Below, in pieces: positions 1 through 9,596 of a stretch of 64,000 nucleotides of DNA; the first letter of the stretch is position 1; the number at the start of each line of letters is the position of its first letter. Source of the stretch: a candidate division WOR-3 bacterium (GTDB lineage Bacteria > Hydrothermota > Hydrothermia > LBFQ01 > DSFT01). The stretch lies in contig JANXBH010000002.1 of NCBI GenBank assembly GCA_025060695.1, forward strand, positions 82,996-146,995, in the 5' to 3' direction. Below the pieces are notes generated by a model. It made no database searches, was not told the origin of the DNA, and worked only from the letters and a program-made list of their open reading frames with translations. The position numbers and the translations under genes were made by a program.

Positions 1-89
1 AATTCCAAAAAGCTTAATAGGAAAACCATTAAGGAGAATCTTAAGAGAAAGAGAAGAAAAAAGTAATATATAAGCAGGAGGTTTCAATA

Positions 90-2126
90 ATGAATATAGC
101 GAAGTTTTTAGATGAGCTAAATGATAAACAAAAAGAAGCAGTGCTAATTACTGAAGGACCTGTCTTAGTTTTAGCGGGGGCAGGAAGTGGAAAAACAAAA
201 GTTCTCACATACAGAGTAGCTTATATTCTAAAAACAGAACTTGCAGACAGTGAAAATATTCTAGCATTGACTTTCACAAATAAAGCAGCAAATGAAATGA
301 AAGAGAGAATCTGGAAAATTCTTGGAAAATTATCAAAAGACATATGGATTCACACTTTCCATGCAATGTGTCTTAGAATATTAAAAAAACATGCAAACTT
401 AATCAACTATCCATTAAATTTCGTAATATATGACCGAGATGACCAATTTAGAATAGTTAGAAGTATTATAAAAGATTTAAATTTAGAAAAAGAAGAATTG
501 AGAGCAGGAGAAGTAATTGATAGAATTATGGACTATAAAAGTATGCGTATTGAAAAGATTGATAACATTCATATGAAGATATACGAAGCATATCAAGAAA
601 AACTAAGGAAAAACAATGCTATGGACTTTGAAGACTTGATGTTAAACACAATAAAACTATTTAGCAAATATCCTGAAATAAGAGATTACTATGCAAAGAA
701 ATTTAAATATATTCATGTAGATGAATATCAAGATACAAATCACATTCAATATATCATTCTAAGAGAACTACTAACATATCACGATAATATATTCGTCGTA
801 GGAGATGAAGACCAAAGTATATATTCATTTAGAGGTGCGGACTTTAGAATAATACTCAATTTTGAAAAGGACTTCCCAAATGCAAAAGTTATTTATCTTG
901 AACAAAACTATCGCTCAACGAAGAAGATATTAAAATTAGCAAATATGGTTATAAAGAACAACAGGGAAAGAAGGGATAAAGTTCTATGGACAAATAATGT
1001 AGATGGCGAAGATCCAAAAATTCTAATAAATGAAGATGAAATAGAAGAATCAGAGAAAATTGCAAAAATCATTTTAAATTCAAAAAGACCATATTCCGAC
1101 TTTGCAATACTATTTAGAATAAATGCAATATCTAAATCTCTTGAAGAAACTTTCAATAAATATAGAATACCGTATAATGTTGTAGACGGTCAAAAGTTTT
1201 ATGAAAGAAGAGAAATAAAGGACTTAATAGCGTACTTAAGATTAATCTATAATCCTAACGATAACGTATCTTTTGAGAGAGCTATAAATTCACCACCAAA
1301 AGGTATAAGTGAGAAAACATTAGAAACTATTAAGCAAGTAGCAAATGAGCTAAATTGTTCATACTATGAAGCATTGAACTTAGCAAAGGAAAGAATAAAT
1401 AGGAAAAAGACAAGGGAAAGCATTGAACAATTTTTAAGAACTTTCGAAAACCTATTAAACTATTCAAAAGAACTAAATGTAAAGGAACTTGCAAAAAGAA
1501 TAATATTAGAAACTAATTACATTGATTATATACAGAAAAATGAGAGGACTAATACTTTAAGAGAAAGAATAGAAAATATAGAGGAATTCATAAATTCGTT
1601 AGATATCTATGAAAACCTTGAAGAATTCGTCCAGGATATATCCATTAAAATGGAAAGTGAAAATAAAAATAAAGAAAACTCAGTTTCAGTTATGACAATA
1701 CATTCTGCAAAGGGCTTAGAATTTCCAGTCGTGTTTGTAATTGGTCTTGAAGAGGATATACTGCCGCACAGATTAAGTATAGATGAAGGATTATTAGAAG
1801 AGGAAAGAAGGCTATTTTATGTATCTATTACGAGAGCAAAGGAAGAACTATATTTATCTTATTCAAGAATGAGATTTTTGAAAAATAGGCAAGAACTAAA
1901 AACATCAAGATTTTTGGAAGAAATAGGATATAAGGATGGAAAGATATATTTAAATAATTACACTGAAAACATGTTCAAATACAGAATTGGAGATTTAGTA
2001 AAGCATCAGAAATTTGGTTTAGGCAAAGTATTAGAGATAAAGGACAATAAAATCAAAATTATATTTAATGAACATGGAACTAAAACATTTTTACTAGATT
2101 TAGTAAGGCTCGAGAGAATAACTTAA
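90..2126 (+). CDS. uvrD: UvrD/PcrA-family ATP-dependent DNA helicase
   Basis: Walker A 'GAGSGKTKVLTYR', motif II 'DEYQDTN', 'VMTIHSAKGLEF' and a C-terminal Tudor-like tail; 678 aa. Confidence 0.9.
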   Translation: MNIAKFLDELNDKQKEAVLITEGPVLVLAGAGSGKTKVLTYRVAYILKTELADSENILALTFTNKAANEMKERIWKILGKLSKDIWIHTFHAMCLRILKKHANLINYPLNFVIYDRDDQFRIVRSIIKDLNLEKEELRAGEVIDRIMDYKSMRIEKIDNIHMKIYEAYQEKLRKNNAMDFEDLMLNTIKLFSKYPEIRDYYAKKFKYIHVDEYQDTNHIQYIILRELLTYHDNIFVVGDEDQSIYSFRGADFRIILNFEKDFPNAKVIYLEQNYRSTKKILKLANMVIKNNRERRDKVLWTNNVDGEDPKILINEDEIEESEKIAKIILNSKRPYSDFAILFRINAISKSLEETFNKYRIPYNVVDGQKFYERREIKDLIAYLRLIYNPNDNVSFERAINSPPKGISEKTLETIKQVANELNCSYYEALNLAKERINRKKTRESIEQFLRTFENLLNYSKELNVKELAKRIILETNYIDYIQKNERTNTLRERIENIEEFINSLDIYENLEEFVQDISIKMESENKNKENSVSVMTIHSAKGLEFPVVFVIGLEEDILPHRLSIDEGLLEEERRLFYVSITRAKEELYLSYSRMRFLKNRQELKTSRFLEEIGYKDGKIYLNNYTENMFKYRIGDLVKHQKFGLGKVLEIKDNKIKIIFNEHGTKTFLLDLVRLERIT

Positions 2127-3148
2127 GGTATGACTATAGCTCTTCCCCTTATTTTATTTTCTTTTAAGTTCTCAATCAACCTATTTATATCCTCAAGCTT
2201 ATAAAATTCTACATCTATAGGTGTAATAATATTATTTTCTGCAAGACTTAATAACTCTCTTAGTTCTTTTATATTTCCCCATAGACTAAATTCAAAGCTA
2301 ACCTCAAATCTTATATTCTCTAAGATTTTCAGGTTTGCACTACCGCCTGCAAGCCCAATCTGAACGACCTTACCACCTACTTTCGTGCTAACTACTGAGA
2401 GATTTAATGTTTCATTACTCCCCACAAAATCTAAACTTGCATCAACGCCTAAGTTATTAGTTATCTCCATTATTTTCGTAAGTGGATTTTCTTTATTTGA
2501 ATTTATAATAATATCCGCTCCATATTCTTTCGCTTTATTTAATTTTTCGTCGTTAATATCTACCGCTATAACCTTAGAAGGTGTTAGTGCCTTAATAATC
2601 TTTACACCAAACTGCCCAAGTCCTCCACAACCTATTATTAAAACATAGCTCTCACCATCTAAAAGATGCCTTATTTTCTTATATGCTCTATATGGTGTTA
2701 AACCTGCATCCGCATATATACAAGCAATTTTAGGCTCCAATTTGTCTATTCTTACTAAATACCTTTCATGAGGAACATATAGATATTCTGCATATCCACC
2801 GTCATTTAAAATCCCCACCCAATTAGGTCTGATACACAGATTTTCTTCTCCCTTTATACAAAAATCGCAATATCCGCAACCCCATCCACCATATACAACT
2901 ACTTTATCTCCTTCTTTTAAGTCTTTTACGTTCTTACCGACTTTATAAACAATACCAGCATTCTCATGACCAAGTGTCATAGGTAATTTAGGTAGTATCT
3001 TTATCTCTCCATCAATTATGTGCAAATCTGAATGACAAAAACCCGCTCCTTCTATCTTTACAATCACACCATTTTCATCAAGCTTAGGTTCTTCCACATC
3101 TTCAATAACTAAATCTTTTCCATATTCATATATTCTTGCAGTTTTCAT
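2123..3148 (-). CDS. Zn-dependent alcohol dehydrogenase (MDR family)
   Basis: 'GFCHSDLH', 'GHENAG' and a Rossmann 'IGCGGLG'; converges on uvrD with a 4-nt overlap. Confidence 0.8.
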   Translation of the reverse strand: MKTARIYEYGKDLVIEDVEEPKLDENGVIVKIEGAGFCHSDLHIIDGEIKILPKLPMTLGHENAGIVYKVGKNVKDLKEGDKVVVYGGWGCGYCDFCIKGEENLCIRPNWVGILNDGGYAEYLYVPHERYLVRIDKLEPKIACIYADAGLTPYRAYKKIRHLLDGESYVLIIGCGGLGQFGVKIIKALTPSKVIAVDINDEKLNKAKEYGADIIINSNKENPLTKIMEITNNLGVDASLDFVGSNETLNLSVVSTKVGGKVVQIGLAGGSANLKILENIRFEVSFEFSLWGNIKELRELLSLAENNIITPIDVEFYKLEDINRLIENLKENKIRGRAIVIP

Positions 3149-3166
3149 TTTTTTACCTCTTTTTTA

Positions 3167-3178
3167 AAAATTTTAAAG
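3167..3178 (-). promoter_or_regulatory. conserved intergenic palindromic promoter-like element (C)TTTAAAATTTT upstream of the adh start
   Basis: AAAATTTTAAAG on the plus strand; read on the gene strand it is CTTTAAAATTTT, then 21 nt containing GAGGT, then ATG. Confidence 0.5.
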
Positions 3179-3212
3179 TTAAAACAAATTTCCTACCACT
3201 TTAGTCAGAAAT

Positions 3213-3623
3213 TTAAATATCAAATATTACTATTGCATAAAAATTTCCATTTTCAGACCATATTTTCATCCTATGATAGGTCGGGCTTTTAATACCTATA
3301 CCTATCCTGTGTTTCTTTGCATTATAGTATTCTCCATATGCTCTGTAATTTAGTGTGTTATCCTTAATATTAACTTCAAAATCTTTGAATATAATTGCAC
3401 TTTTATCAAATTCAACTAAAAGGTTTTCTAAGAATAAATATAGCATTTCATTCATATCTTCAGAAACCACTTTTCCTTCTATAACTTCCTTATTTTCTAC
3501 ATCTTCTATATTTTCGCAGATAATTTTAAACATACCATATGCTGATAATTTAAACAATTCCTCAATACTTCTTGCAGATACCTTTATTCCAATATCTGCA
3601 GTATGCTCTATAAACTCAATCAT
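3213..3623 (-). CDS. archease
   Basis: N-terminal 'FIEHTADIGIKV' signature; about 136 aa. Confidence 0.65.
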   Translation of the reverse strand: MIEFIEHTADIGIKVSARSIEELFKLSAYGMFKIICENIEDVENKEVIEGKVVSEDMNEMLYLFLENLLVEFDKSAIIFKDFEVNIKDNTLNYRAYGEYYNAKKHRIGIGIKSPTYHRMKIWSENGNFYAIVIFDI

Positions 3624-4294
3624 ACTCCTGTAGTCCTATCCCATATAATAAGTTGTAGTCTCGGAGAAAAGTTAAACTTATACTTTTTACAAAGTTCAAC
3701 TACTATCAAACTCCTTTCTATAAATTCTTCCCTACTAGTTGAAAGCGGCATCAAGTAGATTAGTTCATTTGGTATATTAAATGGTTCTTTGTATGTTTCT
3801 ATCATTTCAATTACATCTTTTTCATTTTTTATTACGAATTTAAAAATAGCCCTTTTACTATTTAAAAAAAATTCTATTGCATCAGGATTTACTCTCAACT
3901 CTTCATTTACTAAACTATTTTTTAATTTTGGTGATGTATTAAAAAATACCTTATTCTCGTATGAAATAAGACCATAAGGCTTTCTTGTAGCTGATGTTTC
4001 TATTTCTATCATTCTAAAGCTATCCACAACTTCATATACAAGCTCATTTATGAAGTCATTATATATTAATGGTTCTCCACCTGTAATTACAAGATGAATA
4101 TCTTTATTAGACCTTTCTCTAATTGACTTAATAATTAATTCTCTATTTAATGGCTTTCCTCTCATCCAAATTTCCTTAGTATCGCACCAAATACATTTAA
4201 CGTCGCAACCTGCAAGTCTTAAAAAAAGTGCAGGAACTCCAGCAGTTTTACCTTCACCTTGAATTGAATAGAATATCTCTGAAACAGGTATCAT
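3620..4294 (-). CDS. queE: radical-SAM 7-carboxy-7-deazaguanine synthase (QueE-like)
   Basis: 'YSIQGEG...RLAGCDVKCIWCDT' cluster-binding N-terminus typical of QueE. Confidence 0.7.
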   Translation of the reverse strand: MIPVSEIFYSIQGEGKTAGVPALFLRLAGCDVKCIWCDTKEIWMRGKPLNRELIIKSIRERSNKDIHLVITGGEPLIYNDFINELVYEVVDSFRMIEIETSATRKPYGLISYENKVFFNTSPKLKNSLVNEELRVNPDAIEFFLNSKRAIFKFVIKNEKDVIEMIETYKEPFNIPNELIYLMPLSTSREEFIERSLIVVELCKKYKFNFSPRLQLIIWDRTTGV

Positions 4295-4920
4295 AAAAAT
4301 TTCCTTGAATAGTAATCCGCAAGTCTTATAGGCTCTGGCAATCTATAACCTCTTAAGGTATTAAGTACAACACTTAAAGCACTATTTAAATCAATAAGAT
4401 GACCCGGAGACACAAAGATTTCCTGTGTATCATCCTTACTTCTCAATGCATATGCAACAACTTTTCCATTAAAATACACTATTTCCGAACATCCTTTCTT
4501 CATACAGGGCTTTTTATATTTTCCTACAAGTAAACTCTTTGCGACACCAATAGTTGGTATATTCAATAGAACACCAAGATGACTTGCTATACCTAAACCT
4601 CTTGGATGACTAATACCATGTCCATCTACCATAATTAAATCAGGTTTTATACTTAGAGTTTTATAAACATTTAATAAATTAGGTGCTTCTCTAAAAGCTA
4701 AAAATCCTGGAATATACGGAAAATCTGTATGTGAAACTAAATTCTTAATCTCTACAACTCTTAGAGTTTTATATTCTAAAATAACAAATACAGAGTTTAT
4801 CAATTCTCCCCTAAATGCACTATCACATCCCGCAATATATTTAATTTCTGTATCCAAAGGCTTTAATATAACTTTTCTTCTTAACTCATTTTGCTTTTCT
4901 TTCAATACTTCAATGTCCAT
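4291..4920 (-). CDS. nfi: endonuclease V
   Basis: 'IAGCDSAF' plus overall length and pattern of the Nfi family. Confidence 0.7.
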   Translation of the reverse strand: MDIEVLKEKQNELRRKVILKPLDTEIKYIAGCDSAFRGELINSVFVILEYKTLRVVEIKNLVSHTDFPYIPGFLAFREAPNLLNVYKTLSIKPDLIMVDGHGISHPRGLGIASHLGVLLNIPTIGVAKSLLVGKYKKPCMKKGCSEIVYFNGKVVAYALRSKDDTQEIFVSPGHLIDLNSALSVVLNTLRGYRLPEPIRLADYYSRKFL

Positions 4921-5572
4921 AAAGACTTATAACCTGTCCTTTCACCATATATGCTTCATCTGAACATAAGTATGCTAAAAACTTTCCTACATCTTCAGCA
5001 CTTATATCTTTTCCAACTGTAGGAAGCAAAACTTCATTTATTCTAATTTTATACTCCTTTAACTCCTCAGATAATACCTTTGTTAGCATAATCTCACCTG
5101 CACCTGCAATAGAAATTAAACCTGCGTTTTTTAACGGTACATTTGCATGGAACCCACCAATGAGAACATATATACCCTCATTTCTCTCTACCATGTATTT
5201 TAAAAATGTTTTTGCACAAATGAAATGAGTAGTTAATCTATCAAACATTACATTTTCGTATGTTTTTAAATCCAAATCTATAATTCTAGCTCCTTCCCAC
5301 CAACTTCCGATTGAAGCTATTACTACATCAATTCTATTAAAGCTCTTTAATATCTCATCCCTTATCCTTATGGCATCCAATTCATCTCCTATATTTCCAT
5401 GAATAAGAAACAAGTTTTCAAAATCTTCTCTTAGCTTATCTAACTTTTCCTTAAATCTTGATGAAGTAATAACTTTTGCTCCCTCATCTAAAAAGACTTT
5501 TATAATACCTCTTCCTACTTTCCCGCTACCACCTGCAATATAAACAACCTTATCCTTTAGTTTCATAATCAT
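4910..5572 (-). CDS. SDR-family oxidoreductase
   Basis: N-terminal 'IAGGSGKVGRGI' dinucleotide-binding motif; about 220 aa. Confidence 0.65.
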   Translation of the reverse strand: MIMKLKDKVVYIAGGSGKVGRGIIKVFLDEGAKVITSSRFKEKLDKLREDFENLFLIHGNIGDELDAIRIRDEILKSFNRIDVVIASIGSWWEGARIIDLDLKTYENVMFDRLTTHFICAKTFLKYMVERNEGIYVLIGGFHANVPLKNAGLISIAGAGEIMLTKVLSEELKEYKIRINEVLLPTVGKDISAEDVGKFLAYLCSDEAYMVKGQVISLYGH

Positions 5573-5583
5573 AATTTTAAGGC

Positions 5584-6174
5584 TTATAGAATTTTAGTAG
5601 TATCTACCAAAAATATCACTTCTTTAAATCCAAAGCTTTTTATTAATTCCTTTAGAATTCTTCTTGCATTATCAACGGCAATTTTCTTAAAGTTGTCTTT
5701 TTCTAAGTCTTCCAATATAGCAATTTTTCCTTTTTGCAAGCTCTCGTTTATAAGTGCAATTCTATCACAAAAAAGAGTATTTTCTTTAAAAACTCTATGC
5801 GACTCAATTGAAACATCAAAATGAACATCTGGAACTGTTATATATACTGTATCCTCCTTAATCTTTATGTTGTCTTTTTTAACATTTTCTAAGTCTAAAT
5901 AAGCTATAACTATACCTTTTATAACAAGCGTTATACTACAAAAGTTTTCCTTCTTGTTCTTTACTATTTTTTGATATGGTATGGATAGTGAGCCTATTTT
6001 TTGAATTTTTTTAGCAGATGAAATTACTACATCTATATTTTGCACTTTTACTTGGTTCTTAAATTCTGAATAAAGTAGAATTAATATTACAAATGCCAAT
6101 ATTGATACATGTATTATATTTAGATTTTTTAATTTATTTTTCAAAAACCGCCTCCTTCTTAAAATTTGAAACAA
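5584..6174 (-). CDS. membrane-anchored hypothetical protein (DUF4230-like)
   Basis: basic N-terminus followed by a single TM helix; no catalytic motifs. Confidence 0.35.
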   Translation of the reverse strand: MFQILRRRRFLKNKLKNLNIIHVSILAFVILILLYSEFKNQVKVQNIDVVISSAKKIQKIGSLSIPYQKIVKNKKENFCSITLVIKGIVIAYLDLENVKKDNIKIKEDTVYITVPDVHFDVSIESHRVFKENTLFCDRIALINESLQKGKIAILEDLEKDNFKKIAVDNARRILKELIKSFGFKEVIFLVDTTKIL

Positions 6175-6643
6175 AAGCGGAGAGAAATTCTTTTAACCTA
6201 TCTCTCAGTTCGGACTGAATTTGAGAATCTGTTTCCATTAATGATAAATAAGCCCTTAAACTATCTTGAGCTATCTTTTCCACTTCCCTTCTGTTTTTTT
6301 GTGCACTAAGACTATAAAATAAAACATCTTCGTCATAGTTAGCAAGTTGAACATCATAATTACATACTTTAGCTTTTGGTAATTCTGAAAATATAACTTT
6401 TTTACCTTCAATTTTGTATTTTAAATCCTCAAGATTTACACAAAACCTTACATATGCTATTAGCTCAACTAAAAATCTATTCTCACCTATAAGCTTTGGA
6501 AAAGCTATATCCATGACGTACCTTGTCTTATACTCCATTAGGTATAGCTCCTTTATTTCTTTAATTTCATCAATTTTATCACTTTCCTCTCTACAAGCAT
6601 AAAAAGTAAAAAAACATAGAAATAACAAATTCAATTGTTTCAT
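6134..6643 (-). CDS. hypothetical lipoprotein
   Basis: signal peptide with lipobox 'FYAC'. Confidence 0.4.
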   Translation of the reverse strand: MKQLNLLFLCFFTFYACREESDKIDEIKEIKELYLMEYKTRYVMDIAFPKLIGENRFLVELIAYVRFCVNLEDLKYKIEGKKVIFSELPKAKVCNYDVQLANYDEDVLFYSLSAQKNRREVEKIAQDSLRAYLSLMETDSQIQSELRDRLKEFLSAFVSNFKKEAVFEK

Positions 6644-6697
6644 TAAATAAATTTTAAAGTAAATAGTCGCTATAACTGCTTTAAACTTTGAAAAATT

Positions 6698-7288
6698 ATG
6701 AGAGGATTTTTAATACTTTTAGGATTTTTTCTTCTTTTACTTTTTATTTTGATATTTCCAGTTATATCATTTTACAATGGTGCTATTAGTAAAAGAGAAG
6801 CAATTAAAAATCAGTTTTCTCAAATAGATGTTGTATTAAAAAGAAGATACGACCTAATACCTAATCTTATTCAAAGTGTAAAAGGAGTAGCTATACAAGA
6901 GCAAGAAGTATTTTTAAAAATAGCAGAAGCAAGAACTAAATATGGTTCTGCTATTACACCAGATGATAAAATAAAGGCAGCCAATGAATTAGAAGGATTA
7001 CTATCTAGACTTTTAGTGATAGTGGAAAATTATCCGCAACTTAGGTCATCTGAAAGTTTTTTAAAGCTTATGGATGAGTTAGCAGGGACAGAAAATAGAA
7101 TTTCAGTTGAAAGAAGAAGATATAATGAACTTGTAAGAGAATACAATACTTTTATTAAAACTTTTCCAAACAATATGTTAACAAAATTCTTTGGTTTTTC
7201 AGAGGCACAATATCTTGAAACACCAGAAGCAGAAAAAGAAGTACCAAAAGTTAATTTTGAAGATTTACGAGGAGGAACAAAAAAGTGA
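6698..7288 (+). CDS. lemA: LemA family protein
   Basis: N-terminal TM, then 'QIDVVLKRRYDLIPNLIQSVKG', the LemA core. Confidence 0.8.
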   Translation: MRGFLILLGFFLLLLFILIFPVISFYNGAISKREAIKNQFSQIDVVLKRRYDLIPNLIQSVKGVAIQEQEVFLKIAEARTKYGSAITPDDKIKAANELEGLLSRLLVIVENYPQLRSSESFLKLMDELAGTENRISVERRRYNELVREYNTFIKTFPNNMLTKFFGFSEAQYLETPEAEKEVPKVNFEDLRGGTKK

Positions 7289-8460
7289 TCAAAGTAGAAA
7301 CTTTGGACTTTCCTTATATTGGTGAGCAAGAAGTAGAGATTGTAGAAAGGAAAGGTATAGGACATCCAGATACTATGTGCGATAATATTGCTGAAAATCT
7401 TAGTATAGAGCTTTCAAGGTATTATTATGAAAATTTTGGCAAGATTTATCATCATAATGTAGATAAAGCAGTTCTAATAGGAGGTAGAGCAGTTCCTAAG
7501 TTTGGAGGCGGAGAACTATTAGAGCCTATAGAAATAAAAGTAGTTGGTAGAGCAATTTTAGAAGTGAGCGGAAAAGAAATACCAATAAGAGAAATATATG
7601 AAAAGAGTGTAAAAAGTTTCATAAAAAATAACTTCAAGGTTCTTGATCCTGAAAACCATATTAAATTGGAATATAAATTAAGACCGGGAAGTATTGATCT
7701 AATTGAGGTTTTTAATAGGAGAAATAGCGAAGTTCCTGAAGCTAACGACACATCATTTGGTGTAGGGTATGCTCCATTTTCAAAACTTGAAAGTATTGTA
7801 TATGGCATAGAAAGGTTATTATATAGTCTTAGAGAAAATCATCCATTTATTGGAGAGGATATTAAGGTAATGGGAGTAAGGCTCAAAAACCATATAAAAA
7901 TTACAATTGCACTTGCCTTCATAGACAAGTATGTAGAAAACATAGATGACTATATAGAAAAGAAAAAATTAATAAAAGATATTATTTTATATAACTTTGG
8001 TGATGAAATAGAGGTTTTCATAAATACTGCTGACAATTTTGAAAGTGGAGTAGTCTATATTACTACAACTGGGACAAGTGCGGAGGCGGGAGATGATGGA
8101 CAAGTTGGAAGAGGAAATAGAATAAATGGATTAATTACACCATATAGACCTATGTCATTAGAAGCACCTGCAGGTAAAAACCCCATAAGCCACGTAGGAA
8201 AACTATATAATATAACCGCAAACAGATTAGCAAATGAAATAGTTAATAGTTTTGATGAGGTAATTGAAGCATATGTTTATATTGTAAGTCAAATAGGAAA
8301 ACCAATTACACAACCTCAGATCTTAAATATAAAATTAAGGACAAAAAATAATAAAATAAGCACAATAAGAGAAAATGTGGAAAGACTATCAAGAAAATAC
8401 TTAGAAAGTATTACAGAATTGTGGAAGGAAATACTATACGAAAAAATTGAAATATGTTAA
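7285..8460 (+). CDS. mat: archaeal-type S-adenosylmethionine synthetase (methionine adenosyltransferase)
   Basis: 'VERKGIGHPDTMCD', 'ANDTSFGVGYAP', 'TGTSAEAGDDGQVGRGNR', 'NPISHVGKLYN'; near-collinear with archaeal MAT (recalled M. jannaschii sequence); GTG start overlaps the lemA stop (GTGA). Confidence 0.85.
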   Translation: MIKVETLDFPYIGEQEVEIVERKGIGHPDTMCDNIAENLSIELSRYYYENFGKIYHHNVDKAVLIGGRAVPKFGGGELLEPIEIKVVGRAILEVSGKEIPIREIYEKSVKSFIKNNFKVLDPENHIKLEYKLRPGSIDLIEVFNRRNSEVPEANDTSFGVGYAPFSKLESIVYGIERLLYSLRENHPFIGEDIKVMGVRLKNHIKITIALAFIDKYVENIDDYIEKKKLIKDIILYNFGDEIEVFINTADNFESGVVYITTTGTSAEAGDDGQVGRGNRINGLITPYRPMSLEAPAGKNPISHVGKLYNITANRLANEIVNSFDEVIEAYVYIVSQIGKPITQPQILNIKLRTKNNKISTIRENVERLSRKYLESITELWKEILYEKIEIC

Positions 8461-9596
8461 AAAAATACAAATATGCTATAATTGGTGGTGGTTTTGGTGG
8501 ATTGACAAGTGGTTTAAGATTAAGGGACTTTGTGATATTTGAAGCAACTGATAAACTTGGAGGCTGTGGTGGATATTTTATTAGAAATGGTAAAATTTTC
8601 AATGTGGGAGCAACCACAATAGCTTTTATGGGAAAGAATGAATATAGCAAAAAATTTTTTGAAAGTGTTGGATTAAAGCTAGACTTTTTGGAGCACAATA
8701 AGGCCTTTGATATTATTGAAAATGGTAAGATTTACAATAAGATTTCAGAACTAAAATCCAAAGGTATTTTTAATAAGCTATATGAAAACTTTTTTAGTAT
8801 TATAAAATACCTTGGACACTTTTTTAATTTAGTAAATGATAAAGAATTTGACGATATATTACTCATATCACTTCAGAGAAAAACCCCTGTATTTAGAATT
8901 TTTTACGAACTTAGTATAGATTACTATAAAAGTGTATGGGCAATATTTAAAAATGGATATTATGATTTAATTAGTCAAATTGAAAAGAAGCTTATGGAAA
9001 ACGGTGAGGTTTTAAAAAATACCAAAGTATTGAAAGTTATTGAAAACAAAATTATTACGAATAATGGAGAATACTACGCAGATAAGATTATATTTAATTT
9101 AGACCCTTGGCAAGTAAATCGCATTTTAGATAAAGAAATTATGAAAGTTCCAAATGAAGAGTTATTTAATGCTATTGTCATTTATCTTGAAATTGAAGAA
9201 GCAGAAAAGCTAAGTAATTTTTACTTTCTTATAAAGGATAACTTTAGAACAATCCACAGTCCGTTCATTTCCATATTTCAAAATGGAACAATTACCATTT
9301 CTGGGCATTATAAAAAATTCTACGAAGATAAAGAAATAGATAAAATACTTGAAATTGTGAAAGATGTATTGAAAATAAAATTTAAGCTTGTTTCCATAGC
9401 AGATAAAAGTGCCTTTGAAAAATATACAAGTAGATATAAAGGATATGTAGGTGGTCTTCCGATTAGTTATAAAAACTTAATATTTTCTCTATATAATGGT
9501 AGAAAAAGGGGAAACTACTACTTCGTAGGAGATTACTACTTTCCACTTCAAAGTCTTCCTAGTAGCATAATTAGGTCTTCTTTTTTTCTAAAGTAA
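8454..9596 (+). CDS. FAD-dependent oxidoreductase (amine-oxidase / phytoene-desaturase-like)
   Basis: 'YAIIGGGFGGLTSG' FAD-binding fold; translationally coupled to mat. Confidence 0.55.
   Translation: MLKKYKYAIIGGGFGGLTSGLRLRDFVIFEATDKLGGCGGYFIRNGKIFNVGATTIAFMGKNEYSKKFFESVGLKLDFLEHNKAFDIIENGKIYNKISELKSKGIFNKLYENFFSIIKYLGHFFNLVNDKEFDDILLISLQRKTPVFRIFYELSIDYYKSVWAIFKNGYYDLISQIEKKLMENGEVLKNTKVLKVIENKIITNNGEYYADKIIFNLDPWQVNRILDKEIMKVPNEELFNAIVIYLEIEEAEKLSNFYFLIKDNFRTIHSPFISIFQNGTITISGHYKKFYEDKEIDKILEIVKDVLKIKFKLVSIADKSAFEKYTSRYKGYVGGLPISYKNLIFSLYNGRKRGNYYFVGDYYFPLQSLPSSIIRSSFFLK

Noticed and set aside
908-1156. Minus-strand 82-aa ORF inside uvrD, and similar antisense or embedded ORFs (2385-2648, 3355-3633, 17399-17740, 34900-35334, 60209-60640 and others)
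   Set aside because: Fully contained in strongly supported genes on the opposite strand with low-complexity translations; these are shadow ORFs typical of AT-rich sequence
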